Source: an uncultured Verrucomicrobiae bacterium
GTDB lineage: Bacteria > Chlamydiota > Chlamydiia > Chlamydiales > Rhabdochlamydiaceae
Direction: 5' to 3'
Length of the DNA: 64,000 bases
Assembly (NCBI GenBank): GCA_963718565.1
Contig: OY970364.1
Span: forward strand, 288,001 to 352,000
The translations under genes were made by a program, and so were the position numbers. Below, one piece after another: positions 38,610-49,678 of this stretch (its first letter is position 1; the number at the start of each line of letters is the position of its first letter). The notes beneath the pieces are model-generated. The model was not told the origin of the DNA. It searched no databases and saw only the letters and a program-made list of their open reading frames with translations.

Positions 38610-39551
38610 ATGGGCAAAAATATCGTCTTATCCATTCAGAATTTGAAGAAGGTTTATCCCGGAAAAATTCCTTATATTGCAGTAGGGGGGATTTCCTTTG
38701 AACTTAAAGAAGGGGAAATTTTGGGGATGCTGGGCTCGAATGGAGCGGGCAAGACAACTACGATACAAATGTTGCTGAGCACGCTCAAAGCGACATCCGG
38801 TTCGATTCACTATTTCGGAAAAGATTTTTTTACGCACCGCTCTGAAATTTTAAAGCATGTCGCCTTTGCCAGCACGTATGTCAGCTTGCCTTGGATGCTG
38901 ACCGTGGATCAAAATTTAGAAGTGTTTAGCAGATTATACGGGCTGTCATCAGCAGAGCGCAAAGAACGGATCGAGCCCTTGCTAGAGCGGTTTGGAATTG
39001 CAGGTAAACGTAGATCTTTTGTCTCTCAGCTATCAGCCGGTCAAATCACTCGCCTCATGCTCGTCAAAGCCTTTATGATCCGTCCCAAAATCGCGCTTCT
39101 TGATGAGCCGACCGCATCACTAGATCCAGACATCGCACAGGACGTTATCGAATTTGTCCTGGAACAAAGAAAGAAGTTCGGCACATCGATTTTATATACT
39201 TCTCATAATATGGCGGAGGTCGGTGAGGTTTGCGATCGCGTGTTGTTCCTGCAGCAAGGGAAGATCGTCGCCGATGATCTCCCACAAAATCTTGCGAAAA
39301 GCGTTGCTGTTTCGCGCATTCAGCTTCAAGTTGGAGATGGTATGAAGCGCACTGTAGCTGTTGCAGACAGGCTAAAGATGCGTTATAAAGTTGAACACCG
39401 CACGATCGAGCTTGAGCTGGATGAAAGTCAGATTGCAAGTCTTCTTTCTGCCCTGGCAGAAGCTGGGGTAATCTACACGAATATTAATATTTTACAACCT
39501 AATTTAGAAGATTACTTCTTGCATATGGTCAAGAAAGGAGGCCAAAAATGA
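38610..39551 (+). CDS. ABC transporter ATP-binding protein (drug-exporter/NodI-like)
   Basis: GSNGAGKTT, LSAGQ, LLDEPT and SH motifs. Confidence 0.92.
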   Translation: MGKNIVLSIQNLKKVYPGKIPYIAVGGISFELKEGEILGMLGSNGAGKTTTIQMLLSTLKATSGSIHYFGKDFFTHRSEILKHVAFASTYVSLPWMLTVDQNLEVFSRLYGLSSAERKERIEPLLERFGIAGKRRSFVSQLSAGQITRLMLVKAFMIRPKIALLDEPTASLDPDIAQDVIEFVLEQRKKFGTSILYTSHNMAEVGEVCDRVLFLQQGKIVADDLPQNLAKSVAVSRIQLQVGDGMKRTVAVADRLKMRYKVEHRTIELELDESQIASLLSALAEAGVIYTNINILQPNLEDYFLHMVKKGGQK

Positions 39552-40330
39552 GCTGGCATCGCATTTGGGCAGTTTATTTACGCTACTTTTATTTTTTTGC
39601 CAAAATGGACCATTTGGCAGATCTTTTCTTCTGGCCTGCACTCGATATCTTCTTGTGGGGGATGACAAGCGTTTGGATTCAACGCTATGATGCGACGATG
39701 CCAACGATTGCGATTGCCATTCTAACAGGACTCGTTTTTTGGCAGATCATCTGGCGTTGCAATTACGAGGTTTCCGTCAATCTACTTCAAGAATTTTGGA
39801 ATCGGAACATGGTTAACCTCTTTTCAACGCCACTTAAAATTGTAGAGTGGATTTCTGCGTTAATGCTTGTCGGAATATGCAAAATATTCGTGACGATCTG
39901 TTTTGGCGGACTGACCGTCTGGCTACTGTACGCTTTGAATATTTTTTCTATGGGATGGGCACTTTTGCCATTTTGTGCTTCTTTAGTTCTATCAGGATGG
40001 CTCATTGGGTTTTTAAGCGCGGCGATCATCGTCTATTTCGGACAACGCGTGCAAATGCTAGCGTGGATGACAGCCTATATTTTTGCGCCTTTTAGCGCAG
40101 TATTTTATCCTCTTTCGGCCCTTCCTGTTTGGGGACAAGTGATTGCCAAAATGCTGCCAATGACATACATTTTTGAGGGGATGAGAAAAGTCCTCAATGA
40201 AGGAATCTTTTCTTGGGGGGATTTTGGGATGAGCGTTTTGCTTGGCATCCTGTATCTTATCGGAACAGTAGTCCTATTCTATAAGCTCTTTGAAAAGAGC
40301 CGTGCGAAAGGACTTGCACGGCTTGAGTGA
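39548..40330 (+). CDS. ABC-2 type permease
   Basis: About six TM segments; FSAVFYPLSALP...LPMTY; ATGA overlap with the ATPase gene. Confidence 0.9.
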   Translation: MSWHRIWAVYLRYFYFFAKMDHLADLFFWPALDIFLWGMTSVWIQRYDATMPTIAIAILTGLVFWQIIWRCNYEVSVNLLQEFWNRNMVNLFSTPLKIVEWISALMLVGICKIFVTICFGGLTVWLLYALNIFSMGWALLPFCASLVLSGWLIGFLSAAIIVYFGQRVQMLAWMTAYIFAPFSAVFYPLSALPVWGQVIAKMLPMTYIFEGMRKVLNEGIFSWGDFGMSVLLGILYLIGTVVLFYKLFEKSRAKGLARLE

Positions 40331-40337
40331 GACATCT

Positions 40338-40805
40338 TTACACGCGGATCGAAACTCCTTCATTATTTGTCCCAAGCGCTAGTCCTGTTGCAATGGCTGA
40401 AGAGCAAAGGCAACCGCCCAAAGTAAGAAGTGCAGCCACAGTGACGCCAATGGAAGTAACAGTTAAAGTCACACCCGACATCAGGGTCATCGGAAAGCCA
40501 GCGGCGGTAGTTATTAACACACCGGCGGCAATTCCACCCATTACCGCTAAAGCGGATTTCGCTACCCTAAAGATAAGATCATCCGGGCAACAGCTGACTT
40601 TTTCACAAATCCAATGAATGAGTCGATTGCTAAGCCAATCGCTCACACCGAAAATCGCCCCTCCTAAGGGGCTAATTGTCGTAAAGAGTCCTGCGGCAAT
40701 TGCGCTACCAGCGCCCATCAAAGCAGCTCCGAATGCGAGTTGCGCTGGAGAATATCGTTGTTCAAATAGGTAGTTTCCAAGTTGTGATATTGCTGGTTGT
40801 GTCAT
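40338..40805 (-). CDS. Hydrophobic membrane protein (Inc-like)
   Basis: Two long hydrophobic hairpins; RBS GGAGG upstream on the minus strand. Confidence 0.6.
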   Translation of the reverse strand: MTQPAISQLGNYLFEQRYSPAQLAFGAALMGAGSAIAAGLFTTISPLGGAIFGVSDWLSNRLIHWICEKVSCCPDDLIFRVAKSALAVMGGIAAGVLITTAAGFPMTLMSGVTLTVTSIGVTVAALLTLGGCLCSSAIATGLALGTNNEGVSIRV

Positions 40806-40892
40806 ACCATCCCCTCCCGTAAGTGGTGCATTTGTAAAGAACTAATAAATTCTCGAAGTATAGGAGGAGAGAATGGTTTAAAGCAAGAAATA

Positions 40893-41276
40893 GAGGGAAT
40901 TGCACAGGGTATAGGAAATTAAGAAGAATTTTTTAAACTTAGTAAAGGTTTTTAAAGTGTCTCTTTTTCACATGTCGGGGACAAAGCACTGCGTGTCCTT
41001 TATCCCCTGCTGGCCCCCTTGGGACTCATCTCGCTTTGCCAAATCGCGTGCTCGTCGGGGGGCCGTGCAAAGCACTGATCCCCCCATGCAAAGCGTAGAG
41101 GGCAGACAATTTCGAGACGGCCTATTGACGCTCAAGCAGACATGCGCCAGACTTGGCGTGAGCTTTTGGGAGTATTTGAGTCGGTGGTTTCGAGGGGATC
41201 CGATCGATTTAGCACAATTTGTTCATGAGCGTTATCAAACAGCCTCTCCGGCCACACCTTGACTGGTAGCACGTAC
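40893..41276 (+). mobile_element. Mosaic: 12-bp GAGGGAATTGCA end, left arm of the CAGGG foldback element (from 40905), then IS66-like 3' fragment
   Basis: 40905-41202 is nearly identical to 58264-58561; continues into transposase sequence up to GTAGCACGTAC. Confidence 0.85.
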
Positions 41277-41337
41277 GCTTTTTTTGACTCTTTTAAAGAG
41301 TGTGCATATCAACTATCAATCGGAGAGTATAATCAAT

Positions 41338-41599
41338 GAGGGAATTGCAAAACTAACAAAACGTGGTGATTTTCTGGGGGAAATTATTTAGCTAATCAGC
41401 CAAAGGAACAACTCAAGCGACTTGACACTCTACAGAAACCAACTCGAATCCTCATGCCCACAACTTGTAAATTTTCGAGAGTTTTTTATATAAAATTACA
41501 AAGCTGACGCGAAAAGGATGGTTTTTCGGGTCTGAAACAGGTTTTAGCAAATAAGACCCCGAAAAAATGTCCTTTTCGCGTTAGTTTTGCAATTCCCTC
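41338..41599. mobile_element. 262-bp MITE, subtype B of the GAGGGAATTGCAAAAC family
   Basis: 20-bp perfect TIRs; ends match those of 32392-34449; subterminal hairpin about 41505-41585. Confidence 0.88.
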
Positions 41600-41632
41600 C
41601 AACATCAACCGAAGGAGAGTATATAATTCAGG

Positions 41633-42589
41633 TTACAGACGTTGGTCGATCATTTTTTCCAATTTAACATTATCTTTAGCGAAGTTGCGAATCCCTTCCG
41701 CGAGTTTGTCTGTGGCCATGGGATTTTCATTGAGCATCCAACGGAAAGTTTTTTCATCGACAACAATTTTTTCGATATTCATTTGCTGCGTGGCTTGAGA
41801 GTCGAGTTTGCGTGGGACTGAACCTTCAGCGGATTGTAATTCTAGCAAGAGCTTGGGAGCAATCGTGAGCAAATCGCAGCCGGCCAATTCTAAAATTTCA
41901 TCGGAGTTGCGGAAGCTGGCGCCCATAATCTGTGTCTTAACGCCCATTTTTTTATAATAATTATAAATTTGGGTCACGGAAATCACGCCGGGATCTCCTG
42001 CGGGTGGATAGGATTCTTTATTTTCATTTTTCTTATGCCAATCTAAAATCCGTCCGACAAAAGGGGAGACGAGCGTAGCACCGACTTGAGCAGAGGCAAT
42101 GGCTTGCCCTAAACTAAACATCAGCGTCATATTACAATGGATTCCTTCTTTTTCGAGGATCTCCGCTGCCTTCACTCCTTCCCATGTTGAGGCAAGTTTA
42201 ATTAAAATTCGTTTGCGATCGATCCCAGCAGCTTCGTAAAGAGAAATTAAATGATAAGCTTTCTTGATACTGCCTTCAACGTCGAAGGAAAGGCGGGCAT
42301 CGACCTCCGTTGAGACTCGCCCGGGAACGATTTTTAGGATTTCAATGCCAAAGTTGACAAACACTTTATCGAGGGCTTGTTCTTTGACATCTTTGCTGTT
42401 TTTACCCTTTTTTTTGCCCCATTGAACAGCTTCATCGATGAGAAACTGATAGTCAGGTTTTGAAGAAGCGGAGAAAACAAGGGAGGGGTTCGTCGTGGCA
42501 TCGGTAGGAAGATATTGTTTAATCTCTTCAAATTCTCCGGTATCCGCTACGATTGTGGTCATTTTTTTCAATTGTTCAAGTTTGTTCAT
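41633..42589 (-). CDS. tal: Transaldolase
   Basis: [34 protein letters not shown] and SPFVGRI; true start MNKLEQLK. Confidence 0.97.
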   Translation of the reverse strand: MNKLEQLKKMTTIVADTGEFEEIKQYLPTDATTNPSLVFSASSKPDYQFLIDEAVQWGKKKGKNSKDVKEQALDKVFVNFGIEILKIVPGRVSTEVDARLSFDVEGSIKKAYHLISLYEAAGIDRKRILIKLASTWEGVKAAEILEKEGIHCNMTLMFSLGQAIASAQVGATLVSPFVGRILDWHKKNENKESYPPAGDPGVISVTQIYNYYKKMGVKTQIMGASFRNSDEILELAGCDLLTIAPKLLLELQSAEGSVPRKLDSQATQQMNIEKIVVDEKTFRWMLNENPMATDKLAEGIRNFAKDNVKLEKMIDQRL

Positions 42590-42616
42590 GTCAAAACCTT
42601 TGATTGTTTTACTTAA

Positions 42617-42780
42617 CCTGAGTTTTGGGTTCATTTTATAGTAGATTGCCGTAGATTTCGAGGCGATTTTTGCAAACTTTGGCGCGTTCAATAGCTGGAG
42701 GCACCTATAGACGCGCCAAAATTTGCGAAAAGCGCCCGAAAGGTATGGCAATCTACTATAAAAGGAACCCAAAACTCAGG
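42617..42780. repeat. 164-bp foldback palindromic element, family D
   Basis: CCTGAGTTTTGGGTTC...GAACCCAAAACTCAGG; nearly the whole element is self-complementary; flanked by direct repeat TTACTTAA. Confidence 0.88.
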
Positions 42781-42833
42781 TTACTTAATATTAGAGCCTC
42801 TTTTCGAATTTTTTCAAGGAAATCACGCCAGAT

Positions 42834-43358
42834 TTATAACGGGAGGTGGAAGGGATTCTGCAAAGGAAAAGGATGGAGAAGTTGATCGAATTTCATCGAA
42901 AAATCTTCTGTTTTTATTGTAGAGCGGTAACCTGGAAGAATGAAAGTGATCTCTTTGTTGTTTTGCAGAGATTCAATCACGATTTTTGCCATTTCACTGG
43001 GGAGTAGAAATCGCTGTCCGCCTTCAAAGCGATAAGTTTCGCATCGAAGGATTTCCCCATCGATATTGAGTTTGAGAAAGGCGCCTTTTTGATTGCCCTG
43101 ATGAGGAGGGACTGGAACAGAGTGGACATTGAGATAGATGTTCAACCGTTCCTCTATTTTAAGAAATTCTAAATCAATTCCATGGACAGGGTCCTTAGAG
43201 AGATAGCACAATTTGGTCGAGCTAAATTCTTTTTTATCGGACTTCACTTCATCGGACGTCCAGTGGCCACGGCTCGAGCAAGCAAAAAGAAGCATAGAAA
43301 TGAAAAATAGAAAATGCAATTTTTTAATCGCTGCTTCGATGGCCATTATTGTTTGCAA
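42834..43358 (-). CDS. Hypothetical lipoprotein
   Basis: LLFAC lipobox; YRFEGGQRFLLP; start uncertain. Confidence 0.65.
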   Translation of the reverse strand: MQTIMAIEAAIKKLHFLFFISMLLFACSSRGHWTSDEVKSDKKEFSSTKLCYLSKDPVHGIDLEFLKIEERLNIYLNVHSVPVPPHQGNQKGAFLKLNIDGEILRCETYRFEGGQRFLLPSEMAKIVIESLQNNKEITFILPGYRSTIKTEDFSMKFDQLLHPFPLQNPFHLPL

Positions 43359-43746
43359 TCAGAATCAATGCAGTCACGGCAACAGCCACGGCTGCAGTTG
43401 CAAGTGCGATATTTTGCCATTGTCTTCTTTTAGCAGTTTTTGAACCTTCGCTGGCTGCTTGACCCACAGGAGTTCCCTCATCTTCGCTGTCTGATGGGGT
43501 GGCCTCTGGTGTTGTTGCCTCATCCGAAGAGGGTGAAATGGGAGGGGGTAGCGGGGTTGAGGAATCCTGTGGGGTGGCCTCTGGTGTTGTTGCCTCATCC
43601 GAAGAGGGTGACGGAGGGGTTAGCGGGGGTGTGGAATCTTGTGATGAATCGTATTGCGATGGAATAGACTCGTGACCCTGTGCACGAAGAGCAGGGGAAA
43701 AGGCAATGGTTGATGTGATGAGGCAAAAATTGATGAGCTTTTTCAT
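43324..43746 (-). CDS. Exported Pro/Ser/Thr-rich protein with C-terminal membrane anchor
   Basis: Signal peptide; two about 25-aa repeats containing SPSSDEATTPEATP; C-terminal TM helix. Confidence 0.7.
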   Translation of the reverse strand: MKKLINFCLITSTIAFSPALRAQGHESIPSQYDSSQDSTPPLTPPSPSSDEATTPEATPQDSSTPLPPPISPSSDEATTPEATPSDSEDEGTPVGQAASEGSKTAKRRQWQNIALATAAVAVAVTALILIANNNGHRSSD

Positions 43747-43758
43747 GGGAGACCGATT

Positions 43759-44577
43759 TTATTTTTGAATGAGGTGATCGCTTATTGTTTGCATCTCGGA
43801 CAAGGAAAAAAGTTTCTCGTGGGCACTTCGAAGAAATAGAATTTGCCAGAATGCTCCCATGTCGCCAAAGTTGTCCAGGACATTTTTTTGAAAAGGAGTC
43901 CAATGCTGTTCTTGAAAAGAGGAGTCTTCGAATAGATTTTTCCTTGAGGAGGGAGATTGGCTATATTTTTCAGCGGCAGTAAATAGGTCTGCCTGTTTTT
44001 GTTTTAGCATTTCTCTGCGCTCTAGCTGCGGGATATTGCCAAGCAGGTCATTGGAGAGTGTAAAGGAACGAAAGGCAGACTGAATATCTTGATAATAATT
44101 CGACATTTCTTCTTTAAGAGCTGCCGCAGTGAGGACATAAGCGTGTTTGTCCTTGATCAGGATCATTTGTAGGATTCTAATGGGCCCCCATTCTGTTGTG
44201 GAATCGATCTCTGTCAATTGGGCCAGACCTGCTGCTGTGCGTACTTTGCCCAGTGGGCGCCAATGATTATTACGGTCTTGTTCATGAATAGCTTTGACGG
44301 CTTTAAGATAGTCCGTCAAAGAAACATCTGTTTCTTCAATGGCAAGATTGATCGAAGGACAAAATCCTTTTCCGCTATTTTTAAGGAAAGCCATCTTGAC
44401 TTTTGGGGAAAGAGTTTTTGGGTCAGCGATATCCCAATGTTCGGGGGGAATGAAAAAACATTGGGTAAGACGAGCTGATTCTACGGCCTGAACGATCGAA
44501 GTGGAATGATTCTTGGAAAAAGCCCATGTTAAAAAACAGGAAGAAAGAACGATGGAAAGTAAGATTTTACAGCGCAT
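43759..44577 (-). CDS. Conserved hypothetical exported protein (PsbP/DcrB-like fold possible)
   Basis: Signal peptide; PP..W...PSINLA.E...AYVLTAA...F.SF pattern. Confidence 0.6.
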   Translation of the reverse strand: MRCKILLSIVLSSCFLTWAFSKNHSTSIVQAVESARLTQCFFIPPEHWDIADPKTLSPKVKMAFLKNSGKGFCPSINLAIEETDVSLTDYLKAVKAIHEQDRNNHWRPLGKVRTAAGLAQLTEIDSTTEWGPIRILQMILIKDKHAYVLTAAALKEEMSNYYQDIQSAFRSFTLSNDLLGNIPQLERREMLKQKQADLFTAAEKYSQSPSSRKNLFEDSSFQEQHWTPFQKNVLDNFGDMGAFWQILFLRSAHEKLFSLSEMQTISDHLIQK

Positions 44578-44600
44578 ATTCAGTTTTTTCTTGAGTTTCT

Positions 44601-44849
44601 TCAGTCACAACTTGTGTGAGAATGGCTAGCCGTGCTTTGATGCAGAACGGAAGCCAAAACTGCGATCCCTGCGGAAAGGCCGAGTCCCCACCCCAACATC
44701 GATGTGGAGATTGCAGTGAAAGCTCCATCTTCTGCACCTCCTCCAATGCGCCAGATTGACTCCGAATCTTTTTTCCACCGGTCAAGTTCATCGGAGAAAC
44801 TAAGAGAGGGTAAAACGAGAAGTGTAAAAGCGATCAGTAATCTTTTCAT
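44601..44849 (-). CDS. Small exported or membrane hypothetical protein
   Basis: Signal peptide MKRLLIAF and a C-terminal TM segment; RBS GGAG. Confidence 0.6.
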   Translation of the reverse strand: MKRLLIAFTLLVLPSLSFSDELDRWKKDSESIWRIGGGAEDGAFTAISTSMLGWGLGLSAGIAVLASVLHQSTASHSHTSCD

Positions 44850-45117
44850 GGAATGCTCCACCTTTAGCAAGAAAAAAGAAGTAACTGCTCATTATCTCAG
44901 ACGGCCGACTTTTCTTGCAATTTTTTTTGGAGTCTTGCCCTCATGAACGCGCACTTTTTTTTTTATTTATAAATATGGCGATTTTGCATTGAAAAATATC
45001 CACCTAATGTCAATAACTTAACGTGTGATGTATTGAGCATGCGTTCAAGAAAACAGATGTTATACCGGAACGACATGAACCCGGGCCTTAAGGCCTGGAT
45101 TGCCCGACGGAGGGGGG

Positions 45118-45747
45118 ATGAAAGGAACAGAATCAGGGAAAGATAAAGTTAAAAAGATCTGCGACATTCTGCGGCGAGAAACATTGGAGCCAGCTGGAAT
45201 GGAAGCGGAACAAATTATTCGTGCTGCTAAAGAGCAGGCCGACCAAATTGTTGCGGCTGCACATCAAGAAGTGGAGAAGATTCATCGTGAAGCGCTCCAA
45301 GATATCGAACTCCAAAGAAATGTTTTTCAGTCTTCTCTGGGTCAAGCTTGTAAACAAGCAGTTGCGGCATTGAAGCAGGGCATTGAGGAAAAATTATTCA
45401 ATCAAGAGCTTGGCCGTTTGATGACAAAGCATATGCAAGATCCAAAAGTGTTGGCACAAATGATCACTGCGGTTGTTAAAGGGATTGAAAAAGAAGGAAT
45501 TGAAGCAGATTTAAGCGTTTATATTCCTGCTGCTACTCCAGCACGCGCTGTTAATATGCTTTTAGCGCATGAGATTTTGGAAAAACTTAAAGAAAAGAGT
45601 GTTCTCGTCGGTCCTTTAACTGGAGGAATCGAAATCAAGTTGCTTAAAGAGAATATGACAATCGATATCTCTGATGCTGCTTTAAAAGAGCTTGTCGCAA
45701 ATTATATCCGCAAGGATTTCCGCGAGCTGATTTTCGAGTCGGTTTAG
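45118..45747 (+). CDS. atpE: V-type ATPase subunit E
   Basis: First gene of the operon; DKVKKICDILRRETLEPA coiled coil. Confidence 0.88.
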   Translation: MKGTESGKDKVKKICDILRRETLEPAGMEAEQIIRAAKEQADQIVAAAHQEVEKIHREALQDIELQRNVFQSSLGQACKQAVAALKQGIEEKLFNQELGRLMTKHMQDPKVLAQMITAVVKGIEKEGIEADLSVYIPAATPARAVNMLLAHEILEKLKEKSVLVGPLTGGIEIKLLKENMTIDISDAALKELVANYIRKDFRELIFESV

Positions 45748-45778
45748 ATTTTTAAAGTTTTTAAGCGGACTTGCTTAT

Positions 45779-46552
45779 ATGCGTAACTACTATTTCGTCG
45801 TCCCTTCCTTGCCTCCTTTGGCCCTGCATGAACGACCTGAAATAACTTTCGAAGAACTGATGGGAAGGCTTGAAATCAATTTAAGCAAGCAGGATTTAGA
45901 AAAGACGGTTGTCTTAAGACGTTTTGTCGACATTTATAATATTCGCTCTCTCTTAATGGAAGAACCTGTTGACCCCAGAGGAAATTTAAATCAAAAAGAG
46001 CTCGATGAAGCTTTGCTTGTCCACGCTGTCCTTCCTGATTATGTTTTTGATTTCTTAGATCAGTTTGAGAAAGTCATAGACAAGATCAGGAATTTTCATG
46101 GATTGCTCGCCCGGTTTTTTAACGAGGAGATTCCAAGGCAAAAAGGGTTTTTGCGCAACTATCTTATTTTTGAAAGAGAGTGTCGGCTTGTTCTTCTTGC
46201 GTTAAGGGCAAAGCAATTGAGCCGCGATGTCGCTAAAGAATTGCAATTTGAAGATCCCACTGATCCCATCGTTGCGCATATTCTTGCTCAGAAAGATTCT
46301 GAAATTTACGAACCTCCTCCTGAATACGCTGAGCTCAAAGAGTTGATCGCTTCCTGTTATGCTGATCCTTTAGCTGAACATAGGGTATTTGCAGAATATC
46401 GATTTCGCAAAATTGCCGAACTTGCTGAAAACAGACTTTTTACGATCGACCAAATCCTCTGTTATATGGCTCAATTGATGATTATTGAGAGCATGAATGA
46501 GCTGGATATAGAGCGAGGGAATATGGTTTTGGAAACATTTACAAGCGGATAA
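45779..46552 (+). CDS. DUF2764 / V-ATPase subunit C-like protein
   Basis: YYFVVPSLPPL N-terminus; lies between subunits E and A. Confidence 0.82.
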   Translation: MRNYYFVVPSLPPLALHERPEITFEELMGRLEINLSKQDLEKTVVLRRFVDIYNIRSLLMEEPVDPRGNLNQKELDEALLVHAVLPDYVFDFLDQFEKVIDKIRNFHGLLARFFNEEIPRQKGFLRNYLIFERECRLVLLALRAKQLSRDVAKELQFEDPTDPIVAHILAQKDSEIYEPPPEYAELKELIASCYADPLAEHRVFAEYRFRKIAELAENRLFTIDQILCYMAQLMIIESMNELDIERGNMVLETFTSG

Positions 46553-46561
46553 AAAAGAACA

Positions 46562-48364
46562 ATGAAAGAAGCTTCATACATCACTCAAAAACAAGTAGCG
46601 ACAGGAAAAGTCATTAAGGCTTTTGGAAACCTCTTGCATGTCCAATTTGAAGGCGATATCCATCAAGGGGAAGTCTCGATGGTGCGGATCGGGGGCGGGG
46701 TCTCATTAAAGGCTGAGGTGATTGAAATCGTCGGGGATGTGGCTAAAATTCAGGTTTTCGAAGACACGCGTGGTGTTCGTCTCAATACCTCTGTCGAGTT
46801 TACTACTCACTTACTGGAGGCGGAATTAGGACCTGGATTGCTCACTTCGATTTTTGATGGGCTGCAGAACCCGCTAGAAAAAGTCGCAGATGCAACTGGG
46901 TTGTTCCTTTCCCGAGGAGTTTACATCCCTCCGCTCGATCGCTCGCGCCATTGGGATTTCCATCCCACAGTTAAACCTGGCGACGTTGTTCGACGAGGCA
47001 GTTATCTCGGTTACACGATGGAAGGCCGTTTCCATCATCAGATCATGGTCCCCTTCACCTCGTTTGATGGATACACGATAAACTGGGTCATCAAACCGGG
47101 TTCTTACACAATAGAGACAGTCGTTGCAAGAGGCGTAGACAATAAGGGCGAAGAACACCACTTCACCATGATGCAAAAATGGGCAGTGAAAATGCCTCTT
47201 TTCGAAGGAGAAAGGGTCAAAGCCTCTCGAATGATGGATATTGGGATGCGGATCATCGATACCCAGTTTCCTGTTCTTAAAGGCGGGACATTTTGCGCCC
47301 CTGGGCCATTTGGTGCAGGCAAGACAGTCTTGCAGCATCATCTGTCTAAATATTCTTCTGTCGATATTGTCGTTGTCGTCGCATGTGGAGAGCGCGCAGG
47401 CGAAGTGGTTGAGGTTCTTCGCAGTTTCCCTCACTTGACCGACCCGCATACTAACGAGCCGTTGATGCATCGCACAGTGATGATCTGCAACACCTCATCG
47501 ATGCCAGTTGCTGCCCGTGAAGCTTCTATCTACATGGGAGCAACGATTGCGGAATACTATCGTCAAATGGGGCTCGACGTTTTGTTGCTTGCCGATTCCA
47601 CTTCTCGCTGGGCACAAGCGATGCGTGAAATGTCGGGACGCTTAGAAGAAATTCCTGGTGAAGAGGCTTTCCCTGCCTATTTAGCTTCGCGGATTGCCGC
47701 TTTCTATGAACGAGCTGGAGTTGTTCTCCTTAAGGATGGAAAATATGGTTCAGTGACCATTGGAGGAACTGTATCTCCAGCAGGTGGAAATTTTGAAGAG
47801 CCGGTCACTCAGGCCACGCTCTCGGTTGTCGGAGCCTTTCATGGGCTATCGCGTGCGCGGTCGGATGCGAGGCGCTATCCAGCTGTCGATCCGCTCATTT
47901 CCTGGAGCAAGTACATCGATGATGTGAGTCGAGAACTGGAGGAGCGCGTTGCCGGATGGGGAAAAATGGTCAAAAAAGCAGCTAAGATTTTGCGCGAAGG
48001 CGATGAGATTGGTAAAAGGATGGAAGTTGTTGGCGAAGAAGGCGTTTCTTTAGCGGATATGATCACTTTTTTGAAATCGGAGCTCTATGAGTTCTGCTAT
48101 CTTCAGCAAAATGCCTTTGATAAAGAAGATTCCTATTGTCCATTGACAAGGCAAATTCCTTTATTCCAATTGACCAACCTAATTTTTGATATGAATTTTA
48201 ACTTTGATTCGCACGATGAAGCGCGCAGCTTCTTTTTAGAATTACAAAATGAAATGAAGAACATGAATTTCACGCCATTTAAATCCGCAAGATATGAGCA
48301 AACCTTTGGACATATTGAAAAGAAACTCGAAATAGCCGCAAGCAAAGAAAAGGTGAAGCGATGA
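46562..48364 (+). CDS. atpA: V-type ATPase subunit A
   Basis: [28 protein letters not shown] and [10 protein letters not shown]. Confidence 0.97.
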   Translation: MKEASYITQKQVATGKVIKAFGNLLHVQFEGDIHQGEVSMVRIGGGVSLKAEVIEIVGDVAKIQVFEDTRGVRLNTSVEFTTHLLEAELGPGLLTSIFDGLQNPLEKVADATGLFLSRGVYIPPLDRSRHWDFHPTVKPGDVVRRGSYLGYTMEGRFHHQIMVPFTSFDGYTINWVIKPGSYTIETVVARGVDNKGEEHHFTMMQKWAVKMPLFEGERVKASRMMDIGMRIIDTQFPVLKGGTFCAPGPFGAGKTVLQHHLSKYSSVDIVVVVACGERAGEVVEVLRSFPHLTDPHTNEPLMHRTVMICNTSSMPVAAREASIYMGATIAEYYRQMGLDVLLLADSTSRWAQAMREMSGRLEEIPGEEAFPAYLASRIAAFYERAGVVLLKDGKYGSVTIGGTVSPAGGNFEEPVTQATLSVVGAFHGLSRARSDARRYPAVDPLISWSKYIDDVSRELEERVAGWGKMVKKAAKILREGDEIGKRMEVVGEEGVSLADMITFLKSELYEFCYLQQNAFDKEDSYCPLTRQIPLFQLTNLIFDMNFNFDSHDEARSFFLELQNEMKNMNFTPFKSARYEQTFGHIEKKLEIAASKEKVKR

Positions 48365-49671
48365 AGAAAGTTTACGATAGAATCGTCGATATGCGAGGAA
48401 ACTTAATCACTGTCATCGCTCAAGGTGTCAGCCTTGGAGAGCTTGCTCGCGTGCATAAGCGCAACGGACGTTCCACTTATGCATCCGTGTTGCGTATCGA
48501 TGGCGATGTCGTCACCTTGCAATGTTTTGAAAACACTCGCGGGATTGCCACCAATGATCGGGTGACTTTCTTAGGAAGACAGATGCAAGCTGTTTACAGC
48601 GATGCCTTGCTAGGCCGCCGTTTAAATGGAGCTGGCGAACCTATCGATTCAGGTCCGGTAATCATGGGTGAACACATCGAGATCGGGGCGCCTTCTTTTA
48701 ATCCTGTCCGCCGGATCGTTCCACGTGATCTCGTACGGACAAATATCCCGATGATCGATGTGTTTAATTGTCTTGTCAAATCACAGAAGATTCCAATCTT
48801 TTCCATTGCTGGGGAGCCTTACAACGCCCTGTTAATGCGCATTGCCAATCAAACAAATGCAGACGTTGTGATTATCGGAGGAATGGGCTTGCGTTTCGAC
48901 GATTATCAGGCATTTATCGACAATGCAGAAAAGGCGGGTTCCTTAAATAAAACGATCATGTTCATTCATCGTGCGACAGATCCTGCCGTGGAATGTCTCT
49001 TAGTTCCTGATATGGCTTTGGCCTGTGCTGAGCAATTTGCTGTCCAAGATAAGAACGTCCTTGTTCTCTTGACAGACATGACGGCTTTTGCAGATGCGAT
49101 CAAAGAAATCATGATTACTATGGATCAGGTCCCGTCTAATCGCGGCTATCCTGGTTCGCTTTATTCCGATCTTGCTTCGCGCTATGAGAAAGCAGTCGAT
49201 ATTGATGGCAGCGGCTCGATTACGATCATTTCTGTGACGACGATGCCAGGCGGCGATGTCACGCACCCCGTTCCCGACAACACAGGCTACATCACAGAAG
49301 GACAATTCTACCTTCATGGCGGACGCATCGATCCGTTCGGTTCACTCTCCCGTTTGAAACAGCAGGTGATCGGAAAGGTGACGCGTGAGGATCATGGCGA
49401 CATTGCTAATGCACAGATCCGCCTCTATGCCGATTCCATGAAGGCGCGTGAGCGCAAAAGCATGGGCTTCCGTCTTTCGCGTTGGGATGAAAAGCTATTG
49501 CATTTTTCCCATCTGTTTGAAGACCGGATGATGAACTTACAAGTCAATCTAGCGCTAGAGGCTGCTCTCGACCTCGGATGGGGAACGCTGGCGGAATGTT
49601 TCGAAAAACATGAGGTCGGGATCAAACAAACTCTCATCGATAAATATTGGCCAAAATCTTTAGGGGAATAA
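48361..49671 (+). CDS. atpB: V-type ATPase subunit B
   Basis: [12 protein letters not shown] and [14 protein letters not shown]. Confidence 0.97.
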   Translation: MKKVYDRIVDMRGNLITVIAQGVSLGELARVHKRNGRSTYASVLRIDGDVVTLQCFENTRGIATNDRVTFLGRQMQAVYSDALLGRRLNGAGEPIDSGPVIMGEHIEIGAPSFNPVRRIVPRDLVRTNIPMIDVFNCLVKSQKIPIFSIAGEPYNALLMRIANQTNADVVIIGGMGLRFDDYQAFIDNAEKAGSLNKTIMFIHRATDPAVECLLVPDMALACAEQFAVQDKNVLVLLTDMTAFADAIKEIMITMDQVPSNRGYPGSLYSDLASRYEKAVDIDGSGSITIISVTTMPGGDVTHPVPDNTGYITEGQFYLHGGRIDPFGSLSRLKQQVIGKVTREDHGDIANAQIRLYADSMKARERKSMGFRLSRWDEKLLHFSHLFEDRMMNLQVNLALEAALDLGWGTLAECFEKHEVGIKQTLIDKYWPKSLGE

Positions 49672-49678
49672 GAGTGAA

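Noticed and set aside
40327..40617. Plus-strand 96-aa ORF after the ABC permease
   Set aside because: Antisense to the better supported 40338-40805 gene, which has an RBS and a coherent hydrophobic profile.
40957..41262. 101-aa ORF as a real gene
   Set aside because: Chance fusion of a repeat arm to the transposase 3' fragment.
42590..42772. 61-aa N-terminal extension of transaldolase in the ORF track
   Set aside because: It is read through the palindromic element; homology starts at MNKLEQ (42589).
43495..43612. 42-bp direct repeat as a recombination or att site
   Set aside because: It is an in-frame duplication with a 75-bp period in a Pro/Ser/Thr linker.
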